A stretch of 64,000 nucleotides of DNA from Comamonadaceae bacterium (lineage in GTDB: Bacteria; Pseudomonadota; Gammaproteobacteria; Burkholderiales; Burkholderiaceae_C): positions 18,642-82,641 of the forward strand of contig CANEXF010000004.1 in NCBI GenBank assembly GCA_947443645.1. The letters are read 5' to 3'. Position numbers and translations under genes: made by a program. The notes under the pieces are model-generated. The model was not told the origin of the DNA. It did no database searches and saw nothing but the letters and a program-made list of their open reading frames with translations. Below, one piece after another: positions 9,261-18,474 of this stretch. Within the stretch, counting starts at the first letter, position 1. Each line of letters opens with the position of its first letter.

Positions 9261-12200
9261 CCGCAGCTTACGAACACAACGGCCAGCCGGTTTCGGCCGA
9301 GGCTTTTTATGCGATTGCCTGCGACCCGCGTCGCAGCGTTGCGGTCGAGGCCTGCGCTGGTGCTGGAAAAACCTGGATGCTGGTGTCTCGCATGCTGCGG
9401 GCGCTGCTGGAGGGCGATGAGGCAGCTTCCGGGCAGGCGCAGGTTCAGCCGCATGAAATTCTGGCGATCACGTTCACCAAAAAAGCCGCTGGCGAGATGC
9501 GCGAGCGACTTTATGAATGGCTTGAAGAGTTCAGCCACGCCGATGACGAGCGCTTGCGTCAGGAACTGGTGATTCGTGGCGTTTTAAGTCAAACAAGCCC
9601 GCAGTCCCCGCCCCACATGCGCCAGCAGCTATCAAATTTATACCGCCGCATTCTCGCCGGCGGCCGGGGTGTGCAGATACGTACCTTTCACAGCTGGTTT
9701 GCGGCCTTGCTGCGCAGCGCGCCGCTGGCGGTGTTGCAGCAGCTGGACCTGCCGATCAACTATGAGCTGCTTGAAGACGATGGCCCGGCCAAGGCGCTGG
9801 TCTGGCGGCGCTTTTATGCGGCGCTGGTGCAAGACCCTGCACTCAAGGCTGACTTCGAAGCTGTGGTGCTGGCCTATGGCCGCTTTCAGGCCGACAAAGC
9901 CTTGCAGGGCGCGCTCGACAAACGCACCGAGTTTGCGCTGGCCGATGCGCACGGTGTGGTCGACAGTTCGGTGCAGCACTTCAGCATGCAATTTTTAGAG
10001 TTTTCCGGGCTCAGCCATCCGGACCAACTGCTGGACACCCATGCCGCCAGCCGCCAGCTGCTGATGGACGCTGCGGGCTTGCTCGGGCGTGCCGCCGCCC
10101 CGACTTTTTCGGCCAAGGGTGTGGAGTTGGAAAAGGCCTTGACGGCCGGCAATGTCACGCTGGCGCTGGCCGCACTGCTGACGGACAAGGGAACGCCGCG
10201 TAAATTTGGCGAAAAAATCGTCGGCATTGCCACGGTGCGCGAAGCTCAGGCGCTGGCGCTGCGCCTGAGCGAGGCCAGAGTCCAGCACCAGGCCTGGGAT
10301 TACCAGCAGCGCATGGCGCGTCTGGCGCGCCTGCTGCTGGCCGAATTCACCGCATTGAAGCGCGAACGCGGCTGGGTTGACATGAACGACGTGGAGCGCG
10401 CCGCCCAGCTCATGCTCAGCGACGAACTGCTGTCGGGTTGGGTGCAGGAGCGGCTCGACGCGCGCATACGCCACCTGATGATTGACGAGTTTCAGGATAC
10501 CAACCCGCTGCAGTGGCAATCGCTGCATGCCTGGCTGAGCAGCTATGGCGGCGCGGGCCGTGCGCCCAGCGTTTTCATCGTCGGCGACCCCAAGCAAAGC
10601 ATTTACCGTTTTCGCCGCGCCGAGCCGCAGGTCTTTATTGCTGCGCAGGCTTTTGTGCGTGACGGCCTGGGCGGGGATTTGCTCAGTTGCGACCACACGC
10701 GCCGCAACAGCGTAGCCGTGATCGATTGCGTCAATGCCGTGATGGCCAACGCACGCGCGCATGATGCTTACGAGGGCTTTCGTGAGCACAGCTCGGCGTC
10801 TGACGCGGCCGGTTGCGTGGTCAGGCTGCCGCCGATTTCGCGCGGGACTGTTGATGAAGACTCGCCCGTGGACGCCGGCTGGCGTGACAGCTTGACCACG
10901 CCGCGCGAGTTGCCCGAAGAAACCCGGCGCACGCTGGAGGCGCGGCAGGCTGCGGCCTGGATAAAACGAGTGTTGACCCCCACGCTCGGCACTGACGTGT
11001 CCTCGCTGCACCCCGAGGGGGCGCATTTTTCCTTGGGGCGTCCCGGCGGAAAAACATTGCGGCCTTCCGACGTGATGGTCTTGTCGCGCAAGCGCGCCGG
11101 CTTGATGCCGCTGCAGGATGAGCTGCGGGCCTTGCATATCCCCGCGCAGATAGGCGAAAAAACCGAGTTGATCGCCTGCTGCGAGGTGCTGGACATTGTG
11201 GCCTTGCTCGACGTGCTGGTGTCGCCGCAGCATGATCTTTCGCTGGCCAGGGCTTTGCGCTCGCCGCTGTTCGGTTTGAGCGATGCAGCCTTGCTGCAGA
11301 TCGTGCTGGCCAAAGGCGACAGCCAACTGTCGTGGTTTGAAGTGCTACAAAAAGCGGAGCTGCTCGCGCCCGATTTGTCTGGCTTGGCGGCCACTTTGAC
11401 AAAGTATAAAGGGCTGGTTGACAGCTTGCCGCCACACGATGCACTGCAGGCGATCTACCACGATGCCGATGTGCTGGCGCGCTTTGCGGCCGCCGCACCG
11501 GCGTCGAGCCGCAACGCGGTGCTGGCCAATCTGCGCGCCTTGCTGGGCGTCGCGCTTCAGCTCGACGGCGGTCGCTATGCCACGCCTTACGCCTTTGTGC
11601 GCGCGCTCAAGGCTGGCGGCCTGCAGGCGCCCGCAGCGGTTGACCCGCAGGCCGTGCGCCTGCTGACGATTCATGGCGCCAAAGGGCTGGAGGCGCACAC
11701 CGTGCTGCTGCTGGACACCGACACGGTGGAGCGCAACGCCGAGAGCATGAGCGTGCTGGTAGATTGGCCGGGCGAGCAGGCGGTGCCGCAGAAATTCGTC
11801 TTTCTGGTCAGCGAAAGCCAGCCGCCGGCTTGCGCGCGCGCCGCGCTTGAGCTTGAACAGGCGGCACGCCTGCGTGAGGAACTCAACGCCCTTTACGTGG
11901 CGCTCACACGTGCGCGCCACACACTGGCGCTGTCGTCGATTGAGCCGCACCGCGAAACCAACAGCAGCTGGTGGCAACGGCTTTACCCTCTGGCCACCGA
12001 AGTGCCCGTGCTGGCCGGCGATAGCTCGGCAGCTGGAGATGCCGTGGAGCGCACGCATTTTGATCTGGCCGAGCTGCCCGACTTGCCTGCATCAGCGCAG
12101 CTGGCACAGCCCGTCATGCCTGAGCCGCCTGATTCTGATTCGGCCAGCGCGCGTGTCGGCAAAGCCATGCACCGCTTGCTGGAGTGGGGTGCCATCTGGG

Positions 12201-12604
12201 TGATGCCGCATACCCAGCTGACCGCTGCAAGCGCCGCCGTGGCGCGCGAGTTTGGCCTGAACCCGTCGCAAGCTGCGCAGGCGCTGGCGATGGCCAAAGG
12301 CATACGTTTTGGCGAGGCGGCCTGGGCCTGGGACAGCCAGGTGGTCGGCTGGCAGGGCAATGAGGTCGAACTGGTTTACGCCGGCCAGACCCTGAGGCTG
12401 GACCGCCTGGTGCAGCGCCGCGACGCCGCACACGCGGGGCAGTGGTGGGTGCTTGACTACAAATCGGCCAGCACGCCACAGCGCCAGCCAGAGCTGGTCG
12501 CACAGTTGCAGGCCTACAAAGCCGCGTTGGCGGCGATTTACCCCGGCGAGCCGGTCAGGGCGGCATTTTTGACGGCGCAGGGCGCCTTGCTGGAAGTTGG
12601 CTGA
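9239..12604 (+). CDS. addA: AddA-like UvrD/Rep-family helicase with C-terminal RecB-type nuclease
   Basis: Walker A AGAGKTWML, DEFQD box, and a C-terminal LDRLV...WWVLDYKS nuclease motif. An alternative start at GTG 9257 overlaps the addB stop (GTGA). Confidence 0.8.
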   Translation: MPQGFLVTAAYEHNGQPVSAEAFYAIACDPRRSVAVEACAGAGKTWMLVSRMLRALLEGDEAASGQAQVQPHEILAITFTKKAAGEMRERLYEWLEEFSHADDERLRQELVIRGVLSQTSPQSPPHMRQQLSNLYRRILAGGRGVQIRTFHSWFAALLRSAPLAVLQQLDLPINYELLEDDGPAKALVWRRFYAALVQDPALKADFEAVVLAYGRFQADKALQGALDKRTEFALADAHGVVDSSVQHFSMQFLEFSGLSHPDQLLDTHAASRQLLMDAAGLLGRAAAPTFSAKGVELEKALTAGNVTLALAALLTDKGTPRKFGEKIVGIATVREAQALALRLSEARVQHQAWDYQQRMARLARLLLAEFTALKRERGWVDMNDVERAAQLMLSDELLSGWVQERLDARIRHLMIDEFQDTNPLQWQSLHAWLSSYGGAGRAPSVFIVGDPKQSIYRFRRAEPQVFIAAQAFVRDGLGGDLLSCDHTRRNSVAVIDCVNAVMANARAHDAYEGFREHSSASDAAGCVVRLPPISRGTVDEDSPVDAGWRDSLTTPRELPEETRRTLEARQAAAWIKRVLTPTLGTDVSSLHPEGAHFSLGRPGGKTLRPSDVMVLSRKRAGLMPLQDELRALHIPAQIGEKTELIACCEVLDIVALLDVLVSPQHDLSLARALRSPLFGLSDAALLQIVLAKGDSQLSWFEVLQKAELLAPDLSGLAATLTKYKGLVDSLPPHDALQAIYHDADVLARFAAAAPASSRNAVLANLRALLGVALQLDGGRYATPYAFVRALKAGGLQAPAAVDPQAVRLLTIHGAKGLEAHTVLLLDTDTVERNAESMSVLVDWPGEQAVPQKFVFLVSESQPPACARAALELEQAARLREELNALYVALTRARHTLALSSIEPHRETNSSWWQRLYPLATEVPVLAGDSSAAGDAVERTHFDLAELPDLPASAQLAQPVMPEPPDSDSASARVGKAMHRLLEWGAIWVMPHTQLTAASAAVAREFGLNPSQAAQALAMAKGIRFGEAAWAWDSQVVGWQGNEVELVYAGQTLRLDRLVQRRDAAHAGQWWVLDYKSASTPQRQPELVAQLQAYKAALAAIYPGEPVRAAFLTAQGALLEVG

Positions 12605-12666
12605 TGAAGCTGTCCGCTGCAACTATTTGCTGCAACTATTTTCCGGCTCAAGGCTCTACAACTGGC

Positions 12667-12702
12667 GCTGCCGCCGGCCTTGATACCGCCGGCAGCTGTT
12701 TT
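12667..12702 (+). terminator. Intrinsic terminator after the addA-like gene
   Basis: 11-position stem gctgccgccgg/ccgccggcagc with one mismatch, followed by tgtttt. Confidence 0.6.
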
Positions 12703-12764
12703 GCCTGACACTTGCCAATCAAGGCCGCCTTTATTGCGCAATCCAAACCCACAAGGAGTCCAAC

Positions 12765-13412
12765 ATGTTTAAACGCCTGGCACATGTCGCTGTTTCCCGT
12801 GTCCTTCCCCTGATCCTGCTGGCCTGCACGGCCGCTGTATTTGCCCAGGGCGCTGCGGCGCCCACGCTGCGCTTGCGCGCGACGATTGAAAAAGTCGAGC
12901 CAGGCAGCCTCACCATCAGGGAGCGCAGCGGCGAGGTGATCGTGCTGGTGCGTCCGGCCGACATGGATGTGGCCGAGGTCTATCCGATCACGCTGGCCGA
13001 TATCAAGGTGGGCAGTTATATAGGCACGGCCGCCATGCCGCAGGCCGACGGCAGCCAGTTGGCGCTGGAGGTGCTGGTGTTTCCTGAAGCCGCGCGTGGC
13101 ACCGGAGAAGGCCACCGACCTTGGGATCTGCAGGCCCAAAGCACCATGACCAATGCGACTGTCGCCGACCTGGCGCAGGCGCCCAGCGTGGTGCCGGGCG
13201 GACAAAAACTCACGCTCAAATACAAGGACGGCGAAAAAACCATTCTGGTGCCGCCTGGTGCGCCGGTGGTCACCTTCAAGCCCGGCAAGGCCGATGAACA
13301 GGCGCTGATAGTCCCCGGTGCGAAAGTCATGGTCACCGCACAGGAGCGCGACGGCAAACCCACCGCGCTGCGCGTGATCGTTGGCCGCAACGGTTTTGCG
13401 CCGCCGATGTAA
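12765..13412 (+). CDS. Exported protein of unknown function
   Basis: The N-terminal signal peptide ends in AVFAQG. The rest is beta-rich and I recognise no motif. An aaggag RBS precedes the ATG. Confidence 0.7.
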   Translation: MFKRLAHVAVSRVLPLILLACTAAVFAQGAAAPTLRLRATIEKVEPGSLTIRERSGEVIVLVRPADMDVAEVYPITLADIKVGSYIGTAAMPQADGSQLALEVLVFPEAARGTGEGHRPWDLQAQSTMTNATVADLAQAPSVVPGGQKLTLKYKDGEKTILVPPGAPVVTFKPGKADEQALIVPGAKVMVTAQERDGKPTALRVIVGRNGFAPPM

Positions 13413-13540
13413 ACATTGCCAGGGCTTGGCCGGCAAGCCTGCAATAATCAAGGCCTGCCAGCGTCCGGCAGGCTACAGGCTTGAAGTTTGCCCCGCCAGC
13501 GCAAACTCCAGGCCTTTTTGCATTGCAGCCCACTATTGAC

Positions 13541-13568
13541 GGGCGCAAGCAGCTATTAAAAACAGAGC
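13541..13568. repeat. AT-rich 28-nt palindromic element, intergenic copy
   Basis: The reverse complement of gggcgcaagcagctattaaaaacagagc is 24/28 identical to 56995-57022. Confidence 0.8.
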
Positions 13569-13571
13569 GAA

Positions 13572-14909
13572 ATGGTCACTGCGGCCAGGTTTGCACAGAT
13601 GGAATTCCCCTTGAACAACGCTCATTCCCCGTCCCATCCCCTGCGCGTGGTCGTCATTGGCGGCGGTCCGGCCGGCCTGATGGCTGCCGAAGTGCTGGCC
13701 GACGCCGCCTTGGCTTCAGCCTTGCCGATTCAGGTGCAGGTCTATGACGCCATGCCTTCGGTTGGCCGCAAGTTCCTGCTTGCCGGCAAGGGCGGGCTCA
13801 ACCTCACGCATTCGGAAGACGCCGAGCCCTTTTTGAGCCGGTTCGGCGAGCGCAGCGGCAGCCTGGCGCCCGTGTTGAAGGCTTTTGGCGCGCCGCAGCT
13901 GTGCGCCTGGGCCGAAGCGCTGGGCGTACCGACATTTGTCGGTAGTTCCGGCCGGGTCTTTCCCAAGGACATGAAGGCCGCGCCCTTGCTGCGTGCCTGG
14001 CTGCACCGTCTGCGCGCTTCTGGCGTGCAGTTTTTCATGCGCCACCGCTGGCTGGGATGGTCCGGGGACGGTGCGCTGAAGTTTGCAACGCCCCATGGTG
14101 AGCTGTTGGTGCAGGCCGACGCGGTGGTGCTGGCCCTGGGCGGCGCCAGCTGGTCGCGCCTGGGCTCGGACGGCGCCTGGGTGCCCTTGCTTGCCGAGCG
14201 CGGCGTGGCGCTCGCACCCTTGCAGCCGTCGAACTGCGGCTTTGATGTGGCCGGCTGGACCGAACATTTCTCCAGCCGCTTTGCCGGCCAGCCTTTCAAG
14301 TCCGTAGCCATCAGCTTTACCGACTCGCAAGGCCAAAGCTTTGGCCGCAAGGGCGAGTTTGTCGCCACCAAGGGCGGCGTTGAAGGCAGCCTGATTTACG
14401 CTGCATCCGGTTTGCTGCGCGATGAAATTGCGGCCAAGGGCAGCGCGACTTTCATGCTGGACCTGCTGCCTGACAAGTCGCCCGAGCAGGTGCTGGCCGA
14501 GGTCAAGCATCCGCGCGGCTCGCGCTCCTTGTCCAGCCACCTCAAAAGCCGGCTGAACCTGGATGGCATCAAGGCGGCCATGCTGTATGAGTTGCTGGAC
14601 AAGGAAACGATCAACAAGCCCGCCCAGCTGGCGCAGGCCATCAAGGCGCTGCCTGTGAAGCTAGTCGCTGCCCGGCCGATTGACGAAGCCATCAGCAGCG
14701 CCGGCGGCGTGAAATTTGAAGCCCTGGACGCGCATTTGCAGTTTATGGCTGGCAGCGCTGAAAAGCAGGCGCTGTTTTGCGCCGGTGAAATGCTGGACTG
14801 GGAAGCGCCCACCGGTGGCTACCTGCTGACGGCCAGCATGGCCAGCGGCCGGGCTGCCGGCGCCGGTGTGCTGCGCCATCTGGGGTTTGCCGAGGCGGCT
14901 GCGGCTTAA
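13572..14909 (+). CDS. NAD(P)/FAD-dependent oxidoreductase, HI0933/BaiN-like flavoprotein family
   Basis: Dinucleotide-binding VVVIGGGPAGLMAAE at the N-terminus, with the length and C-terminus typical of the family. An alternative start is ATG 13599. Confidence 0.8.
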   Translation: MVTAARFAQMEFPLNNAHSPSHPLRVVVIGGGPAGLMAAEVLADAALASALPIQVQVYDAMPSVGRKFLLAGKGGLNLTHSEDAEPFLSRFGERSGSLAPVLKAFGAPQLCAWAEALGVPTFVGSSGRVFPKDMKAAPLLRAWLHRLRASGVQFFMRHRWLGWSGDGALKFATPHGELLVQADAVVLALGGASWSRLGSDGAWVPLLAERGVALAPLQPSNCGFDVAGWTEHFSSRFAGQPFKSVAISFTDSQGQSFGRKGEFVATKGGVEGSLIYAASGLLRDEIAAKGSATFMLDLLPDKSPEQVLAEVKHPRGSRSLSSHLKSRLNLDGIKAAMLYELLDKETINKPAQLAQAIKALPVKLVAARPIDEAISSAGGVKFEALDAHLQFMAGSAEKQALFCAGEMLDWEAPTGGYLLTASMASGRAAGAGVLRHLGFAEAAAA

Positions 14910-15066
14910 GCTTGTCCGGCGCCTGGCCCGCGTGTTTTGAAAGCCGTGGGCCCATGTTACGGCGACTTTTTAGGCTGGCTTTCGCCGCATACAATCACGC
15001 CAAGTGAGGGCTGGCGAATGCTGCCAGTCCGGTTTTGAGTTGTTTCCCCTTCTTGTGGAGTTTGCC

Positions 15067-15411
15067 GTGTTTATTTCTTCTGCTATTGCCCAAACCGCCC
15101 CCGCCGCCGCTGCCTCAGGCGGTGACATGATGTCGTCGCTGACGGGCATGCTGCCACTGGTGCTGATGTTCGTGGTGCTTTATTTCGTGATGATTCGTCC
15201 ACAGATGAAAAAGCAAAAAGAGCACAAGACCATGATTGAAGCGCTGGCCAAGGGCGACGAAGTCGCCACCGCCGGTGGTCTGCTTGGCAAAGTCACGAAG
15301 TTGGGCGATGCCTACCTGACGCTGGAACTCACGCCAGGCGTTGAAGTCCAGTTGCAGCGCAGCGCCATTGTTCAGGTTTTGCCCAAGGGCGCGATCAGCA
15401 TCACCAAGTAA
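15067..15411 (+). CDS. yajC: Preprotein translocase subunit YajC
   Basis: YFVMIRPQMKKQKEHKTMIEALAKGDEV signature. GTG 15067 follows a ggag RBS. The longer ORF starting at 15004 is unlikely. Confidence 0.85.
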   Translation: MFISSAIAQTAPAAAASGGDMMSSLTGMLPLVLMFVVLYFVMIRPQMKKQKEHKTMIEALAKGDEVATAGGLLGKVTKLGDAYLTLELTPGVEVQLQRSAIVQVLPKGAISITK

Positions 15412-15565
15412 AGCATAGAGCAGGGGGCATCAAGCAGGGCGCACAAACGCCTGCTTGCCCTGCGCGCCCAGGCCGCGTGTTCGGCCCGGCAGCATTGTGG
15501 ATAGGCCACTTTCTCGCCCCTTGGCCTTTCCTATTAGCCTTTAGTTCACCAGGAACAGCATTCCC

Positions 15566-17464
15566 ATGAATCGTTATCCGGTCTGGAAGTACGTCGTCAT
15601 TGTGGCCGCCTTGTTGGTCGCCATCCTGTACACATTACCCAATCTGTTCGGTGAGGCGCCTGCCGTGCAGGTGTCGAGCAGCAAATCGTCCATCAAGGTC
15701 GATGGCGGCACGGTGACCCGGGTCGAGCAGGCGCTCAAGGATGCCGGCATCCAGGCCGATGCGGTCAATTTCGATGGTAATTCCGTCAAGGCACGTTTTA
15801 ACGATACCGAGACCCAGCTCAAGGCCAAGGACACGATTCAAAAAGCCTTGAGTCCTGATGCTGGCGACTCGCCTTACATCGTGGCGCTCAACCTCTTGTC
15901 GCGTTCACCGGTCTGGCTCAGCTCGCTGCATGCCGCGCCAATGTACCTGGGTCTGGACCTGCGTGGCGGCGTGCATTTCATGCTGCAAGTGGACATGCAG
16001 GCGGCATTGACCAAAAAAGCCGAGTCACTCGCTGGCGACCTGCGCCTGTCGCTGCGTGAAAAGAACATACGCCACGCCGGCATCAGCCGCACGGCACAGA
16101 CGGTAGACATCCGGTTTCGCGACACCCAGGCGCTGAGCGCTGCTAAAAACCTGATCCAGGACCAGTTCCCCGATCTGCAAACAGTGGATGCGGCCGACGG
16201 CACGGACTACAAGTTGACCGCCAGCATCAAGCCGCAGGCCGCCCGTCTGATCCAGGACCAGGCGCTCAAGCAGAACATGGTCACGCTGCATAACCGCATC
16301 AACGAGCTTGGCGTTGCCGAGCCGGTGATACAGCAGCAAGGTATTGACCGCATCGTGGTGCAGTTGCCAGGCGTGCAGGACACCGCCAAAGCCAAGGACA
16401 TTCTGGGCCGCACCGCGACGCTGGAAATGCGCCTGGTCGACGACAGCATTGAAGCCCGTGCCGCAGAGAACAACTCCGGCCCCGTGCCGTTTGGTGACGA
16501 GCGCTTCCTCGAGCGCGACGGACGCGCCGTGATCGTCAAAAAGCAGGTCATCATCACCGGTGAAAACCTGACCGATGCGCAACCCGGCTTTGACTCGCAG
16601 AACCAGCAACCCAAAGTGGACCTGACGGTGGACGCCAAGGGCGGACGCATCATGCGCGACACCAGCCGCGAAAATCTGAAAAAGCGCATGGCCATCTTGC
16701 TGTTTGAAAAAGGCCGTGGCGAGGTGTTGACAGCGCCCGTGATTCAGGGCGAGCTTGGCAACCGTTTCCAGATCTCCGGCACCATGAGCGTGACCGAGGC
16801 CAATGACCTGGCCTTGCTGCTGCGCGCCGGTTCACTGGCCGCGCCCATGGAAATCATCGAGGAACGCACCATAGGCCCGACGCTGGGTGCAGAAAATATC
16901 GCCAAGGGCTTTCACAGCGTGACCTGGGGTTTTGCAGTGATCGTGGTGTTCATGGCCGCTTACTACATGCTGTTCGGCATGATTTCCGGCATCGCGCTGG
17001 CAGTCAACTTGCTGCTGCTGGTGGCGGTGCTTTCCATGCTGCAGGCGACATTGACCTTGCCAGGCATGGCGGCGATGGCGCTGGCGCTGGGCATGGCGAT
17101 CGATTCGAATGTGCTGATCAACGAGCGCGTGCGTGAGGAGCTGCGCAACGGCGCCTCGCCGCAGGCCGCGATTCATGCCGGTTACGAACGCGCCTGGGCC
17201 ACGATTCTGGATTCCAACATCAGCACGCTGATTGCCGGCCTGGCCTTGCTGGCCTTCGGCTCCGGGCCGGTACGCGGTTTCGCCGTCGTGCATTGCATAG
17301 GCATCTTGACCAGCATGTTTTCTGCGGTATTTTTCTCGCGCGGCCTGGTCAACCTCTGGTATGGCCGGCAGAAAAAACTCAAATCGGTGTCGATTGGCAC
17401 CGTCTGGCGCGCGCCGCAGGCCAACGGCCTGGCCGAGCGTAAAAACGCTGCATCGTCCAATTGA
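15566..17464 (+). CDS. secD: Protein translocase subunit SecD
   Basis: 632 aa with the large periplasmic domain and C-terminal 6-TM region typical of SecD. It lies directly upstream of secF. Confidence 0.95.
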   Translation: MNRYPVWKYVVIVAALLVAILYTLPNLFGEAPAVQVSSSKSSIKVDGGTVTRVEQALKDAGIQADAVNFDGNSVKARFNDTETQLKAKDTIQKALSPDAGDSPYIVALNLLSRSPVWLSSLHAAPMYLGLDLRGGVHFMLQVDMQAALTKKAESLAGDLRLSLREKNIRHAGISRTAQTVDIRFRDTQALSAAKNLIQDQFPDLQTVDAADGTDYKLTASIKPQAARLIQDQALKQNMVTLHNRINELGVAEPVIQQQGIDRIVVQLPGVQDTAKAKDILGRTATLEMRLVDDSIEARAAENNSGPVPFGDERFLERDGRAVIVKKQVIITGENLTDAQPGFDSQNQQPKVDLTVDAKGGRIMRDTSRENLKKRMAILLFEKGRGEVLTAPVIQGELGNRFQISGTMSVTEANDLALLLRAGSLAAPMEIIEERTIGPTLGAENIAKGFHSVTWGFAVIVVFMAAYYMLFGMISGIALAVNLLLLVAVLSMLQATLTLPGMAAMALALGMAIDSNVLINERVREELRNGASPQAAIHAGYERAWATILDSNISTLIAGLALLAFGSGPVRGFAVVHCIGILTSMFSAVFFSRGLVNLWYGRQKKLKSVSIGTVWRAPQANGLAERKNAASSN

Positions 17465-17493
17465 GATAACCGAGATAAGCAGGTAACAAAGCC

Positions 17494-18447
17494 ATGGAAT
17501 TTTTCAAGATTCGCAAAGACATTCCGTTCATGCGGCATGCACTGGTCTTTAACGCGATCTCCTTCATCACGTTTGCGCTGGCCGTGTTTTTTCTGTTTTC
17601 CCGTGGCTTGCACCTGTCGGTGGAATTCACTGGCGGCACGGTCATGGAGGTCAGCTACTCCCAACCCGCCGAGGTTGAAAAGATCCGTGCTTCGGTGTCG
17701 GGTCTGGGTTTTTCCGATGTGCAGGTGCAGAACTTCGGCACATCCAGAGACGTGATGATCCGATTGCCGGCGCAAAAAGGCGTGAGCACCGCGCAGCAAA
17801 GCGACAAGGTGATGGCAGCGCTCAAGGCTGCAGACCCTGAAGTGGCTTTGCGCCGGACCGAGTTTGTCGGTCCCCAGGTTGGTGAAGAGCTGGCCCAAGA
17901 TGGCCTGAAGGCCCTGGGCATGGTGGTGCTGGGCATCATGGTTTATCTGGCTTTTCGCTTTGAGTGGAAGTATGCGGTCGCCGCCATCATCGCCAACTTG
18001 CACGACGTGGTCATCATTTTGGGGTTTTTCGCCTTTTTCCAGTGGGAGTTCTCGCTCTCGGTGCTGGCCGCCGTGCTGGCGGTGCTGGGCTACTCGGTCA
18101 ATGAGTCGGTGGTGATCTTTGACCGTATTCGTGAAAACTTCCGGCGCTACCGCAAGATGAACACGGTGCAGATCATTGACAACGCCATCACCTCGACCAT
18201 CAGCCGGACCATCATCACCCACGGTTCGACCCAGATCATGGTCTTGTCCATGCTGCTGTTTGGTGGCCCGACCCTGTTTTACTTTGCGCTGGCCCTGACC
18301 ATTGGTATCTTGTTCGGCATTTATTCCTCGGTGTTCGTTGCCGCCGCGATTGCGATGTGGCTGGGGATCAAGCGGGAAGATCTGGTCAAGTCAGGCGTCA
18401 AAAAAGATGAAGATCCGAATGACCCCAACGCAGGCGCTACGGTGTAA
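17494..18447 (+). CDS. secF: Protein translocase subunit SecF
   Basis: 317 aa with the SecF signature LGIEFTGG-like SVEFTGGT and a 6-TM region. Confidence 0.95.
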   Translation: MEFFKIRKDIPFMRHALVFNAISFITFALAVFFLFSRGLHLSVEFTGGTVMEVSYSQPAEVEKIRASVSGLGFSDVQVQNFGTSRDVMIRLPAQKGVSTAQQSDKVMAALKAADPEVALRRTEFVGPQVGEELAQDGLKALGMVVLGIMVYLAFRFEWKYAVAAIIANLHDVVIILGFFAFFQWEFSLSVLAAVLAVLGYSVNESVVIFDRIRENFRRYRKMNTVQIIDNAITSTISRTIITHGSTQIMVLSMLLFGGPTLFYFALALTIGILFGIYSSVFVAAAIAMWLGIKREDLVKSGVKKDEDPNDPNAGATV

Positions 18448-18474
18448 GCTTGGGTCTAACCATTCATACCGTTT

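Noticed and set aside
6627-12604. The nuclease plus UvrD-helicase pair as a phage-defence module (Gabija-like or similar).
   Set aside because: The iron-staple cysteine pattern, the dual nuclease motifs, the protein sizes and the core-gene neighbourhood all fit AddAB-type recombinational repair better.
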